DNA of 64,000 nucleotides from Octopus vulgaris (taxonomy: Eukaryota). Location: assembly GCA_951406725.2 (NCBI GenBank), contig OX597824.1, positions 87,110,001 through 87,174,000 on the forward strand, read 5' to 3'. The position numbers and the translations under genes are program-made. The notes beneath the pieces are model-generated. The model was not told where the DNA came from and made no database searches. It saw only the letters and a program-made list of their open reading frames with translations. Position 1 is the first letter of the stretch. Each line of letters opens with the position of its first letter. Positions 1 to 12,517 of the stretch are shown here, piece by piece.

Positions 1-248
1 AGCTTGCTCATGAAATTAACATGCAAGTGGCTGAGCACTCCACAGACGCGTACCCTTCATGTAGTTCTCTGGGACATTCAGCGTGACACAAGATATGACA
101 AGGCTGGTCCCTTTGAAATACAGGGACTACTCTTTTCTATCAGCTGAGTGGACTGGAGCAACGTGAAATAAAGGGTCTCACTCAAGGACACAATGCATCA
201 CCAGGAATTGAACCCGTGACCTTACGATCGTGAGCCAAACCACTAACC
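1..248 (-). mobile_element. Family C tRNA-headed CORE-type SINE, tail type 1 (runs off window edge)
   Basis: Minus strand has a tRNA-like head and the CORE-like block GTGTCCTTGAG...TTTCACGTTGCTCCAGTCCACTCAGCTG; tail matches the copy at 39497-39785. Confidence 0.75.
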
Positions 249-504
249 CACAAACCTAATTTCCACAGGGGTAATAAAAGGAGTTTGAAAGTGCTTTAAA
301 GTATAAACGAAAATTATGATAATTGATTCAATTAAATATTAACCTAAGCGCAACATTTTAAAAACCTGTAAGCATTACACAGACACACAGACTACATTAT
401 TTTATTGACATATTAAAACCAAAATCGATACAGGTTGATCAGATAAATTAAACATTAAAATCATTCAAAAAACAGTTTTTGCAGAATGCTATAAAACAGA
501 AATC

Positions 505-925
505 AATTACTGTTAGAAATAGCAGCCAAACTTCCTCAAATCACACTCTATACCATATTAAATAAAAGTGGAGGTGCATGGCTCAGTGGTTAGGCTGTTG
601 GACTCATGATTGTAAGATTGTGATTTTGATTCCTGGACCAGGTGATGAGTTGTGTTCTTTAGCAAAAACACTTAATTTCATGCTGCTCCAGTCCACTTAG
701 CTGGTAAAAAGGAGTAAAGCTGTGATAGACTGGCATCCCATCCAGGTGGAGAACATACACGCCAGAGAAACTCGGAAACCGGCCCTATATTCCCTCTCGG
801 AGTAATGTGGACTAACCATATTAAATAAAAGACATAAGATAATGTTGTCTCTGAAGGGATGGACACAGCTGGAATGCCTTTGATTTCAGGCTTGCTTGAT
901 CAAAGCTGACCAGGATCTAAACAAA
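505..925 (+). repeat. Unclassified interspersed repeat (family I), interrupted by a SINE at 569-814
   Basis: TTAGAAATAGCAGCCAAA...CTCAAATCACAC recurs at ~27590-27770 (+), ~18590-18930 (-) and ~45940 (+). Confidence 0.55.
569..814 (+). mobile_element. Family C CORE-type SINE, tail type 2
   Basis: A-box TGGCTCAGTGG and B-box-like TTTTGATTCC; CORE-like block; 17-bp TSD ACCATATTAAATAAAAG at 552-568 and 815-831. Confidence 0.85.
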
Positions 926-1262
926 CATAACATGGTAGTCCTGGTTTAGGATGAATGTTGCTGTAATTTAGCCCCAGGAGACATCGTCTCCAGCTGGCTA
1001 TATGACACGATCTGTGTCCTTATATTTTCGAACAAGGGGATCTAGCACCCCCACTCAGCTCAAAACAATATCTGTGTATCGCGAAGGGAATAACCCGGAA
1101 ATCATGATACACAGATATTGTTTTGAGCTGAGTGGGGGTGCTAGATTCCCTTGTTTGAAAATATAAGGACACAGATCGTGTCATATAGCCAGCTGGAGAT
1201 GATGTCTCCTGGGGCTAAATTACAGCAACATTCATCCTAAACCAGGACTGCCTTGTTATGTT
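924..1262. repeat. Foldback element: 157-bp inverted arms with 25-bp spacer
   Basis: 924-1080 is the reverse complement of 1106-1262 with only a few mismatches. Confidence 0.95.
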
Positions 1263-1489
1263 GGCAAACATCTTTACCTTCATTTTGGGGTCGATTAAAT
1301 AAGTACCAGTTACGCACTGGGGTCGATATAATCGACTTAATCAGTTTATTTGTCCTCTCATGCTAACGATTCTGCCAGCTCGCTGCCTTAATTAATAATA
1401 ATAATAATAATGTTAGATATTACTCATTAGAGCTTTGTTGTATCCACTTGAATAATAAATGACCAACATGATAGTGCTGCATCTATGGT

Positions 1490-1790
1490 TTTAGCATCAA
1501 CCAGTTTGACAGAAGCTGACAAGATGGAGGGCTGCATCAAGTTGCAGGTGTCTGTTTTAGCATGGTTTTTATGGCTGGATGCCGTTCCTAATGCCAACCA
1601 CTTTGCAGAGTGCACTGGGTGGTTTTTATGTGGCACCAGCAGGGATTCTTTTTATGGTGGCACTGGCACAAAGGTTTTCTATGTGACACCAACACGGATG
1701 CCCTTTTTATGAGGTACAACTATTTTTTTCTTCTTCCTCTTCTATGTGACTCTGGCACGAGTGCTCTTTTTACATGGCACTGGCCCAAAT
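1490..1790 (-). mobile_element. Family E RTE-associated non-autonomous retroelement, degenerate
   Basis: GGCTGGATGCCGTTCCTAATGCCAACCAC motif plus decayed subrepeats. Confidence 0.6.
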
Positions 1791-1832
1791 AAATAGAAAT
1801 TGATAGAATAAGTACCTGATTGAATTAAGTAC

Positions 1833-2067
1833 CTATTTCTTTATTACCCACAAGGGGCTAAACATAGAGGGGGACAAACAAGGACAGACATAGGTATTAA
1901 GTCGATTACATCGACCCCAGTGCGTAACTGGTACTTAATTTATCGACCCCGAAAGGATGAAAGGCAAAGTCGACCTCGGCGGAATTTGAACTCAGAACGT
2001 AACAGCAGACGAAATACGGCTACGCATTTTGCCCGGCGTGCTAACGATTCTGCCAGCTCGCCGCCTT
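1833..2067 (-). mobile_element. Family B tRNA-headed SINE, full monomer
   Basis: Head AAGGCGGCGAGCTGGCAG, B box GTTCAAATTC, central GCCTTTCATCCTTTCGGGGTCGATAAATTAAGTACC (resembles a conserved SINE central domain, MetaSINE-like from memory); 14-bp TSD ATTGAATTAAGTAC at 1819-1832 and 2068-2081. Confidence 0.9.
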
Positions 2068-2400
2068 ATTGAATTAAGTACTGGGATTGATACAGTCAAC
2101 CAAAACACTGAAAGCAGTGCTCCAGCATGGCTGCATTTCAATGACTGAAACAAGTAAAAGAAGCAACAGAAAATTCCCTCACACAAACAAACATTTGTGC
2201 ATTGATAGAAACACACAATACTATATGCAGACCTAAGAATACTACCTACATATGCATACATTGAAGCCCCTACAAACATACATATAAACACCCATATATG
2301 TGTATATATGTATGTATATGCATGTGTGCATGTATATGCATATTTTGTGAGGAATGACATATAGTTTAAACCAGTGGGGTTTGTGCGTCACCATACTCAC

Positions 2401-2559
2401 TTGACACCTATGTGTCTTAAAAGTGGAAACATTTGAGAGATCATTGCCTCTTAGAATTTGGTTGGGTTCGTTTTTGGAGCGCTTCCCATACAAATAATAA
2501 ATACCATTCCGCTTGTAGGATTTAGACAGTACCAGATACTTAGTAGATCTATAAAGTAC
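2401..2559 (-). CDS. Candidate 159-bp internal exon, phase 0-0 (VLYRSTKYLV...KTHRCQ), unknown product
   Basis: Acceptor TTGCAG|G and strong donor CAA|GTGAGTAT; only frame 0 is open; unique sequence; no recognisable domain; weak polypyrimidine tract. Confidence 0.3.
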
Positions 2560-3204
2560 CTGCAATGGTTCAAATAATTTCATCAACGATATAACACACA
2601 CAAATGAAATACATGCTAAGATAATTCACAAAAAAAAGGCAAATAAAAGAATGTTACAAAATGCAGAGAGCAGTGTACTACCAGGGATCAAATTAAGGGT
2701 TAGGTTCAAAATTCCAATACAACAATTGAATTCAAAACAAGACACTGGAAAATGGCTGGAGCATACAACTTCCAAAATGTAGCAAAAGCAACAATCAAGA
2801 TAAGGACACCAGTTTGACTAAAATAAACAGTATGCTTAATATAAAATAATTTTAAAAATTTTCTATTGAAGTAAAACATAAAATGGAGCAACATTTCCAA
2901 TACAAAGTTTACAAATAATTATTTTAATTAATATAACGTGTCTTGACTGGTACAACAATGCAGAGTGGACTATAATAACTGTTATAATTTAATTATTGAT
3001 AGCCTGATATGATATGATATTTTGGAATATAAAAATTCCTTCTTCAGATATCGTTAGTAATTAATTGAGTCACTGCTATAATCGGTTTTCCAATGGTTAA
3101 TGAAAATTGTTTTGTGGAAGCATCTCTGCAGTTGTCTCACGAAGCTCCTTCCTACGTATGGAGGCTAACAGCTGAGTAATTAGGTACCAATTCATCAAAG
3201 AAGT

Positions 3205-3350
3205 AGGAACGAGTGGAAAGAGGGAGTCCAAGGGAAAGGATCAAAATACTCATGACCACTGAACTTAAGATGCCGAACCTTACAAATGATATGGCAAGGG
3301 ATTGTAACAAGTGAAGAGACACCATATTGGAGGAAACTTGGCTGACCTAA
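3205..3350 (+). mobile_element. Highly decayed RTE-clade LINE ORF2 C-terminal fragment
   Basis: Frameshifted translation resembles G.RGRGRP...DL......MA.DR..W. Confidence 0.4.
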
Positions 3351-3368
3351 ACAAACATCAAGCTATAT

Positions 3369-3947
3369 CAGGGGTTCTCAATTATTTGTTATCTATGGAC
3401 CCCTTTGATTACTATTTTATTTGGGTGGACCCTAATAGCCATTCGATGTTTAAAAACTAGTTTTATAGAAACTTCTAAAATTCCCATTTTGTTTTCGACA
3501 CAATAACTTACGGCAGTTGAACTGTGTCAAATGTTAGAGAGGAAAGAAACCTAGCTGTTTCTTGTGATACATACCAATACATACATCGAAAGCAAATTTT
3601 TTTCAGAGGCCATTAACCCTTTCGTTACCAACCCAGCTGAAACCGCCTCTGGCTCTGAGTACAAATGTCTTGTTTTCATAAGTTTTGAATTAAAATCTTC
3701 CACCAAACCTTAGTCACAATTTATGTTCCTAACACTAGCTTAATGATAACTAAGTTATTTTGCTAAATTCTTTGTTATATTTAAAGTAATTGAAACAAAC
3801 ACGGAGCATCTCAAAATGAATACAGTAACGAAAGGGTTAAAATACCACTGTAGACCCTCACCCGTAATTTACTATTTTGTAACGTCAATCCCCAAAAATC
3901 TTATATGGATCTTCAGGGGCCATATGGACCCCAATTGAGAGCCATCG
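3369..3947. mobile_element. hAT-type MITE hosting a nested piggyBac MITE
   Basis: Ends CAGGGGTTCTCAA ... TTGAGAGCCATCG (decayed TIR); internal TGGACCCC repeats; related decayed copy at ~18943-19690. Confidence 0.6.
3617..3836 (+). mobile_element. Family F piggyBac-type MITE (~220 bp)
   Basis: TTAA TSD on both sides; TIR CCCTTTCGTTAC / GTAACGAAAGGG. Confidence 0.9.
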
Positions 3948-4046
3948 ATCTATCTATCGATCTATATGTATGTGTATATATATTTATTTATATGTGTGTG
4001 TTTGATGTTGAGCTTTTAACACGCACACACACACAATATATATATT

Positions 4047-4446
4047 GGCGTAGGAGTGGCTGTGTGGTAAGTAGCTTGCTTACGAACCACATGGTTCCAG
4101 GTTCAGTCCCACTGGATGGCACTTTGCGCAAGTGTCTTCTACTAGAGCCTCGGGCCGACCAAAGCCTTGTGAGTGGATTTGGTAGACGGAAACTGAAAGA
4201 AGCCTGTCGTATATATGTATGTATATATGTGTGTATATGTTTGTGTGTCTGTGTTTGTCCCCCCAGCATTGCTTGACAACCGATGCTGGTGTGTTTATGT
4301 CCCCGTAGCATAGTGGTTCGGCAAAAGAGACCGATAGAATAAGTACTGGGCTTACAAAAAATAAGTCCTGGGGTCGATTTGCTCGACTAAAGGCGGTGCT
4401 CCAGCATGGCCACAGTCACATGACTGAAACAAGTAAAAGAGTAAAA
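4047..4446 (+). mobile_element. Family A SINE (tRNA-like head, internal TA/TG microsatellite, GTAAAAGA tail)
   Basis: GGCGTAGGAGTGGCTGTGTGGTAAG...GGTTCAGTCCC head; more than 15 homologous copies or fragments in the window. Confidence 0.9.
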
Positions 4447-4626
4447 TATATATATGTTTGGATTTTACAAACTGGAGGTGGGGGTTCACTCACTAAATAT
4501 AGTTGAATTTATTCGTTTATTGAATGCAGAGGATTCCCTCTGTCACTGCAACCATTTTCGTTTTGCACAGCTGTTTAAAACTGAAATGCGAAACTCAGAA
4601 TAGCAATGGAGAGAAACTACACTACT

Positions 4627-4659
4627 GAGAGAGAGAGGGGGGAGGAGGGAGAGAGAGAA

Positions 4660-4692
<33 letters not shown>

Positions 4693-4812
4693 GAAAGAGA
4701 GAGAGAAAGAAATAAAGAGAGAGAAAGAAAGAGAGAGAAAGAGAGAGAGAGAGGAGGGAGGGAGAGAGAGATAGAGAGAGAGAGATAGAGAAAGAGAGAG
4801 AGAGAGAAAGAA

Positions 4813-4870
<58 letters not shown>
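4627..4870. repeat. (GA)n polypurine microsatellite
   Basis: Direct inspection. Confidence 0.95.
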
Positions 4871-5584
4871 CCAAGACTGGTTCATGTGTGTTCTGTGCTT
4901 GTGCACACATACACATATGTAAATTAAATTTATTGATGCAAGTTAACACTAGCAAAACACATGCCAACATTTTAAACAAAGGAAAACAGAATATATGTAA
5001 TATTTACTGTAATGATAATAATACTGCGTGTGAGTGTGTGTGCATATGCATGTGTGCACATGCGCATTATTATGTCTGTCGTACGATATCTGCCTCTGAG
5101 TTTACCAGCACATACACGTCGAAAGATTGATATCATTTTTCAAATGGTGCACCTACACTGCCTGTCTATTGTCTCGTATGGGTTTCGGCATTTCTTTCTT
5201 ATTTTTCTGTTTTGAATCATTAAGGAAGAGCTTTAATGGAATCTATCAGAATTATGGTCAAATGGGAACATAACTATGTTCGTTGAAAAATCAAAAATCA
5301 AAAAAAAATGTCCAAAGAAAAAACAAAAAAGCGATCTAAAAATTTTCTGCATGCAGACATAGAGAGACTGATGTGAAAGGTGGGAGGAATTCTGTTGATG
5401 GCATGTGGCAACGTTGTCATTAAACTGATACGTCACAAGAAATAGAAGGTTTATGTCCTGCCAAGTTCTCATGTTAATATTTCTACAAACATTATTTATA
5501 TCTGTACATTTCTCTCTGTTAGAATGTAAATGTATATGTTTACATTAATATATAGCTCACAGAAGAGATCCAGATATTTTCCAT

Positions 5585-5960
5585 CGGTGGCACATAAGAG
5601 AACCATCCGAACGTGACCGTTGCCAGCGCCGCCCCGACTGGCCTGTGCTGGTGGCACGTAAACAGCACCATCTGATCGTGGCCGTTGCCAGCCTCGCCTG
5701 GCCTCTGTGCCGGTGGCACATAAAAAGCACCATCCAATCGTGGCCATTTGCCAGCCTCGTCTGGCACCTGTGCTGGTGGCACGTAAAAAGCTACCAATAC
5801 ACTCATGGAGTGGTTGGCGTTAGGAAGGACATCCAGCCGTAGAAACATTGTCAGATCAGACTGGGCCTGGTGCAGCCTTCTGGCTTTCCAGACCCCCAGT
5901 TGAACCGTCCAACCCATGCTAGCATGGAAAGCGGATGCTAAACGATGATGATAATGATGA
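5585..5960 (+). mobile_element. Family E element with ~62-bp internal tandem subrepeats and (GAT)n tail
   Basis: GGTGGCAC at 5586, 5650, 5712, 5775; GTGGTTGGCGTTAGGAAGG; 3' end CCAACCCATGCTAGCATGGAAAGCGG...AAACGATGATG. Confidence 0.8.
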
Positions 5961-6934
5961 ATACACTTAGTAGTGTTCAAAAGATTCAAACTAAAATTTT
6001 CTTGAGAACATTCCTTTCTTAGTGGTAAGACCATAGCGGATCTGCTTCTAGCATAATGAATGTCCACGTAGTGGGCATCCCTCTTATATGTATTTTGTAT
6101 TTGATGTATCTAATATATTTCATATATTGATGTGTCTAATGTGCATATCCCCAAATTTCTTTACATTAGTATGTATGCATATTTTAGAAAGTTGCCCCTG
6201 ACGTATATATGTACACACGAGTCTAGGACATTTACCATCCATGGACAACAGATGATTTAAAACTTGTTAATATATTGGAGAAGGGTAATTAACCAAAGCA
6301 GGTGTTGTCCTGATATGGTACATAGACACACACACACAAATTGCATGTATGTATAACTATACAAATTACGAGTGAGTAAATATACGTAAGCATGGTTGAG
6401 TGCAGGCATGGTTGAGTGCTAATCTGATTGACCGTGAACGGATAAAAGCAATGACTTCGGTGGGACTAGAACTCAAAAAGTTAAGACCCGGAAGAAATAC
6501 CACGAAGTGTTTTGTCTGATGTGCTCACGATTCTGCCGCCTGCACACACAAACACACCTGTAAATAAACACATTCTTGCATGAGTGTATGTCGGTTTATG
6601 CTGCTTAAAACCATTTATGTTGTGTGTCTTCTTCTTCTTCTTCTTCCAATCAGGACTCATGCCATTAGTCACAGAGAATAATCTCTAATTCAAGCCTACT
6701 CTAAGCTACTAAGAATGTGTGGGGCAACTTGAAGATCCACCCACCACACGCGATAGACTGGTGGTTGCACGGGCGCAAAAGCTACGTTGTTACCCTCATT
6801 CCGTAAACAGTGGCTTTTAACAGGTGGAGAGCTGAACCATCCTGGGGTACAGAGGATTCGCAATCTAGACTAGGGTCTGAAATTTTACCACACCATAGTG
6901 GGTTACCCCGTGATTCCTCTGCTTTGTGGCAGAA

Positions 6935-7123
6935 ATAGGAAGAAAGAGTGAGAGAAAATTGTGATGAAAGAGTACAGCGGGGTTCACCACTACCCCCTGC
7001 TGGAGCCTCATGGAGCTTAGGTGTTTTTGCTCAATAAACACGCACAATGCCTGGTCTGGGAATCGAAGCCGCGTTCTTACGACAGTGAGTCCGCTGCCCT
7101 AACCACTGGGCCACTGCGCCTCT
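6935..7123 (-). mobile_element. Family D tRNA-headed SINE
   Basis: Minus-strand head GAGGCGCAGTGGCCCAGTGGTTAGGGCAGCGGACTC...TTCGATTCCC; second copy at 54301-54566. Confidence 0.8.
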
Positions 7124-7501
7124 ACGCAACACAGCAAGTAAACACTGATAAAATAAATACCAAATCATAAAAATAATTACTAGGGGTTAATAAACTTGAG
7201 TAAACTCTTGAATGTGGTACCCCAGCAAAGCTGCAGTCCAATAACCAGCGTAAGAGAAATATATATATATATATATATATATATGCCATAGTTAATTTAA
7301 AATATTTATTTAACAGTCTTACAAATAATATAAATGTATTTCTAATAGATTGGGGTCTTTGACTTTGTTGCATAGTTTGGAGAGGGTGGTAGACAGGTAC
7401 TATTGCAATAGTATATATGTATATATGCATGTGTGTGTGTATATATGCATGTGTGTGTGTATATATACGTGTGTAAATATATACATGTATGTATGTATGT
7501 A

Positions 7502-7537
<36 letters not shown>

Positions 7538-7849
7538 CATACATACATACACACGTACTTGAGAAAGTGAGAGAGAGTAATTAATTAAAATAGAGACAAA
7601 GTTAAAAGAAAAAAAGAGCTAAGAAAAAAAAATTAGCAAGTAAGATAAAATAATTGGTAGGAAGCCAAAAATATGGGAGGTTTGAATTGTAGTTGATTTA
7701 TTTGTTAAATTCTCTCTTATTTTGCAGTGCATGTGTGTGTGCGTTTGTGAATGTGCATGTGTGTGTGTGTGTGTGTGTGTATAGACATAATTTGGTTTTA
7801 ATGGTTGAACTCAAAATAGAAAAGCTATAAGTATGACGCAAACAATGTA

Positions 7850-7996
7850 CGCATGCATGTATGAATATATGTATATATGTAATATAAGTATGTATGTATG
7901 TATGTATATATGTATGTATGTATATATGTAATATATGTATGTATGTATATATGTATGTATGTATATATGTAATATATGTATGTATGTATATATGTA

Positions 7997-8092
<96 letters not shown>

Positions 8093-8255
8093 GTATGTAT
8101 ATATATATATGTATATATATATGTATGTATGTAATATATGTATGTATGTATACATGTAATATATGTATGTATATATATATGTAATATATGTATGTATGTA
8201 TAGATATATGTATGTATTAGCGTTTATATATGTATGTATCTATATATACATACAT
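7850..8255. repeat. Compound (TATG)n/(TA)n microsatellite
   Basis: Direct inspection. Confidence 0.95.
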
Positions 8256-8308
8256 GCACACAAACATAATTCTTAACCTGCACTGAGATGGGGGAGTCAA
8301 TACGCATC

Positions 8309-8341
<33 letters not shown>

Positions 8342-8813
8342 CACGCGTGTGTAGTTATGCTATTTGAATTTCAAAAATACTCATTATATATATGTTCACA
8401 GCATGGAGTCACGTATGCTAATACTCTCATATACACACACACACACACACACACACAATCAATATTATACGTTTGTATGTTTTTTTTAATTGCATGTGCT
8501 AAAATTAAAACCGTCTTATTATATCGTTAGCTGTTCTTAGTTATTATCAGTCTACAGAAAAAAAAAACGACAATTATTTTTATTTCAAGATATATTAGGA
8601 TTTCATATTTATTAGAGGATGCATTATTCTGCAGATGGTTATCCATCTAATCTCAGCTTAATAGGTGCCGAAGTTGGCATGCAGTGGGACTGAATCCCAA
8701 AATAACATGGTTTAGAAGTTAATTTCTTAAGTCACACACCTATACCTGTGCCACCTCTCTATATATAAGAGACTAAAGTGTATGTATGCTGCTATATATA
8801 TATATACACGCAT

Positions 8814-9137
8814 AATACAAAATGGGACAAGAACACAAAACATCCGGACAGTTAGGTAATACAAAAAGGAGCAACAAACCATCCAGATAGACGATACAAA
8901 GAAAACAAGGACGGGTCATTCGAAGCCTTTTATCCTCAGTCAAGCACCAGATTATCCTCGCAATTTCGGCTGATTATATCAAGAATAATCAGCTAAAATT
9001 GTGAGGATAATCTGGTGCTTGACTGAAGAAAGAAATGTTTGAATGACCCGTCCTTGTTTTCTATCTGGATGTTTTGTTGTCCCTTTTTGTGTCACCTAGC
9101 TGTCCAGATGTTTTGTGTTCTTGTCCCATTTTGTATT
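8814..9137. repeat. Foldback element: ~155-bp inverted arms with 7-bp spacer
   Basis: 8814-8977 pairs with 8985-9137 with several mismatches and one indel; inserted in (TA)n. Confidence 0.9.
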
Positions 9138-9138
9138 T

Positions 9139-9188
<50 letters not shown>

Positions 9189-9731
9189 ATCATAATAAAT
9201 GGCAAATTCAAGCAAAAAAACGACCATTATGAAGAAAGCTTATCAAGTCATATATATATATATATATATATATAAAGTGTAACAAACAAACTAAAGCCTT
9301 TTGGGTAGATTTCAGAAATAGAAAGACACCATACAAGTGTGTGTGTGTTTTTATATATACACATAGATATGCACACACAAGTACCCAGTACACTTTGTAA
9401 AGTGGTTGGTGTTAGGAAGGACATTCCGTCATTGATACAATGCCAAAACACAGATTGGAAATGCAGTTTCCTGACTTGTTGGATCCGATCAAACTGACCA
9501 GCTTATGGAGAACAGACATTAAATGATAACATATATTGAAATATATACACACACACACACATGTATTTGTGTATGTGTCTATATATATATGTACGTATGT
9601 ATATATAATTGTACAGCTTTTTTAACTAATTGAATAAATATTTTGAAACCAAAATAAACAAATGCTGTCTTCATATGGATAGCAGAGTTAAGTATTTATT
9701 TTATTTATTAAAAATTAGACATTTCCTTTAA

Positions 9732-9953
9732 CCCTTTCATTACCAACCCAGCTGAAACCGGCTCTGGCTCTGTAGTACAAATGTCTTATTTTCATAAGTT
9801 CTGAATTAAAATCTTCCACCAAACCTTAGTCACAATTTATGTTCCTAACACCAGCTTAATGATAACCAAGTTATTTTACTAAATTCTTTGTTATATTTAA
9901 AATTAATTGAAAGAAACACAGAGCATCTCAAAATAAATACAGCAATGAAAGGG
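9732..9953 (+). mobile_element. Family F piggyBac-type MITE
   Basis: TTAA|CCCTTTCATTAC ... GCAATGAAAGGG|TTGA; body matches 3617-3836. Confidence 0.85.
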
Positions 9954-10709
9954 TTGAATTTTCTTGAATATTCAGTTTTATCAAACTGGTATATACACAC
10001 ACACACACACACACATGAGTGGGAGGAGAATGTTCTTCATCGCTTCCATCATATTTTTATAATGGTATGTATGAAGGACAGTAGTTGTGATAGTCAAGAG
10101 TTCAAGCCATACTTCAGTCACAATACTGTATTCCCTAGGCAGGGTTTATATTACTGCTTGCCACAGTCTGCCTGGCTGAGTAAAAAAAAATAATAAAAAA
10201 AAAAAGTCTACTACTACTACTATTACTACTCTGCAGTTACGTAATAAGAAATAGAAAAGAAAAGAAAAGAAAAAAACCCTAAACTGCGTAGTGAAAATAC
10301 TTTCTGAAACAATGTCAATCCAACACAAACCTACTCATATCTGAAGGAAAAAAAAAAAAATTAAAACAAATAGTGTTGTGTTCGGTAATTGGTTGGTTCT
10401 TACAGATAGTAAAATAGTCATTCAGTTGCAATAAGATTGTCTTAGTAGTAGCAGGATTTAGGAGGGCATCTTCACAGTCCAAAACTAACCTAAAACATTT
10501 AGGCACGTAAACATAATCTCTCTTCTTTCTTTTCTTTTTTCTTTTTTTTTCCTCTCTACTACTTTTCATCTGGTAGTGTGAGATGATTATTTGAAAATTC
10601 AGATATTACAATATTGCTGGAGTACTTATGTCTTGGGAATTTATTAAGAAAATAATTATAATAATGATAATAATAATAATAATAAATAATAAAATTTATA
10701 ATAATGATG

Positions 10710-10743
<34 letters not shown>

Positions 10744-10744
10744 A

Positions 10745-10950
10745 TTCTTTACTACCCACAAGGGGCTAAACACAGAGTGGACAAACGGATTAAGTTGACC
10801 CCAGTGCAAGCTGGTATTTAATTTATCGACCCCGAAAAGATGAAAGGCAAAGTCGACCTCGGCAGAATTTGAACTCAGAACATAATGGTAGACAAAATAC
10901 GGCTACGCATTTCGCCCGGCGTGCTAACGTTTCTGCCAGCTCGCCGCCTT
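10745..10950 (-). mobile_element. Family B SINE inside an (AAT)n tract
   Basis: Matches 1833-2067; (AAT)n on both flanks. Confidence 0.85.
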
Positions 10951-10951
10951 A

Positions 10952-10983
<32 letters not shown>

Positions 10984-11094
10984 CTAAAAAGCAACATAGG
11001 CTGAAAAAAATGAAAATAATTTCTTCCTGGTTTCAGATTTCTATATCCTAGAAGATAAGAATAATAATTGTGTATTAATATTAACAGGCACTTA

Positions 11095-11563
11095 TACCCT
11101 GTGCTAGTAGGGTGCTAAGAGCACCATCCGAGTGTGATCGTTGCCAGAGCGGCTAACTGGAGTCCATGCCGGTGGCATGTAAGAGGCACCATTCAAGCGG
11201 GATCGTTACCAGCATCGCCTTACTGGCACCTGTGCCATTGGCGTGTGTAAAAAGATTTGAGCGAGGTCGTTGCCAGTACCGTTGCAGAAATACAGTAACA
11301 AAAGGGTTAAACATCTAACAACTTTTGTCTTCTTGTAAAGATTTTGTAAAGATAATCTTTATCTTCCTCTGGTTCTGTAGTACAAATGTCTTGTTTTCAT
11401 AAGTTCTGAACTAAAAATCTTCCACCAAACCGTAGTCACGATTTATGTTCCTAACATCAGCTGAATGATAACTAAGTTATCTTACTAAATTCTTTGTTAT
11501 ATTTTAAGTAATTGAAAGAAACATGGAGCATCTCAAAAATAAATATGGTAAAGAAAGGGTTAA
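11095..11563 (+). mobile_element. Family E subrepeat fragment followed by truncated family F MITE pieces
   Basis: E-type subrepeats at 11095-11285; F right ends (AAAAGGGTTAA) at ~11310 and ~11563. Confidence 0.65.
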
Positions 11564-11722
11564 GGAGGATGGGAAGTATCTAGTCTTGTCAGACACTCCT
11601 AGTTTGAAAGATTATTCCGGATGTAACAGGATGAAGCTGGATAGAGCTGATGAGATTCAGAATGAAAGGATGAATGTAAATGGTGCAGAAAGAAAAAATG
11701 ACAAACATTCACTCAGTCTCAG

Positions 11723-11756
<34 letters not shown>

Positions 11757-12517
11757 AAAGGTGATGAAAATAACTGATAAGAAGAACTTGCTTTTCATTT
11801 CCATGAATTTGGCTAGATTCATACTTATGGAGGCAAAATAGAGTTAAGGTTCAAATACAAGGATGTGACTTGAGAATCTGTTAAAAGTAAAACATTAAAA
11901 CTACAGTCATCCGTGTATCATACTCAATGTAAACACATTGCGAAAAGTTAATTAACTGCAGGTTTTTATCCAGCAACAACAGTATCTTTTATATACATGC
12001 TGCCTTTAAAACACAGTTAAACACTATATATTGGTGGCAGATGTAAAGAATATTTAACAAGCTTACACGAGTTCAGTCAAGACAAATTAAGCAAAGAAAG
12101 ATCAAAGAACTACTACAGAACTATCCACCAAGTACTTATATAAGAAAGTACAATCCTGCTGTTAATGATACGATTTTATATGTAAAAAACATGTCAAGCA
12201 ATTAAATATATATGTAAACATCAAATGAATTTTACATATGATTATTACATAATTTCTACAACTGTTTCATAGTATACTTAAAATTAAATAATTAACAAAA
12301 AGCAAAAATATCATTCTACGCCAGTTTCTTTTGACACTTAAAATTATAATTAACTTTATTTTAAGAGTGAAGATGAATAGTATTTAAAATGTTTACAGGA
12401 TTTATTTAGTTTCTAGTTTCAAATTGTAATTGAACAGGATAAGATCAAATACAGTCAGAGAAATAATTGGAAGAGATAGTGTTAAACAAGCCATCTCTAT
12501 TACCAATTTTTGCCTAA

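Noticed and set aside
569-640. tRNA-like sequences at SINE 5' ends
   Set aside because: A/B boxes are present but the cloverleaf and acceptor stem are incomplete, and each continues into a SINE body with TSDs.
3905-4311. Recurrent peptides such as RRHLPKVPRSGTEP and NHMVPGSVPL in many ORFs
   Set aside because: Translations of family A SINE copies, not a gene family.
5140-5220. Short minus-strand ORF containing NPYETID
   Set aside because: Only 26 codons and no convincing donor; likely chance.
10420-10490. Possible small minus-strand exon (LVLDCEDALLNP...)
   Set aside because: Weak donor, no recognisable domain, and phase incompatible with the other candidate exons.
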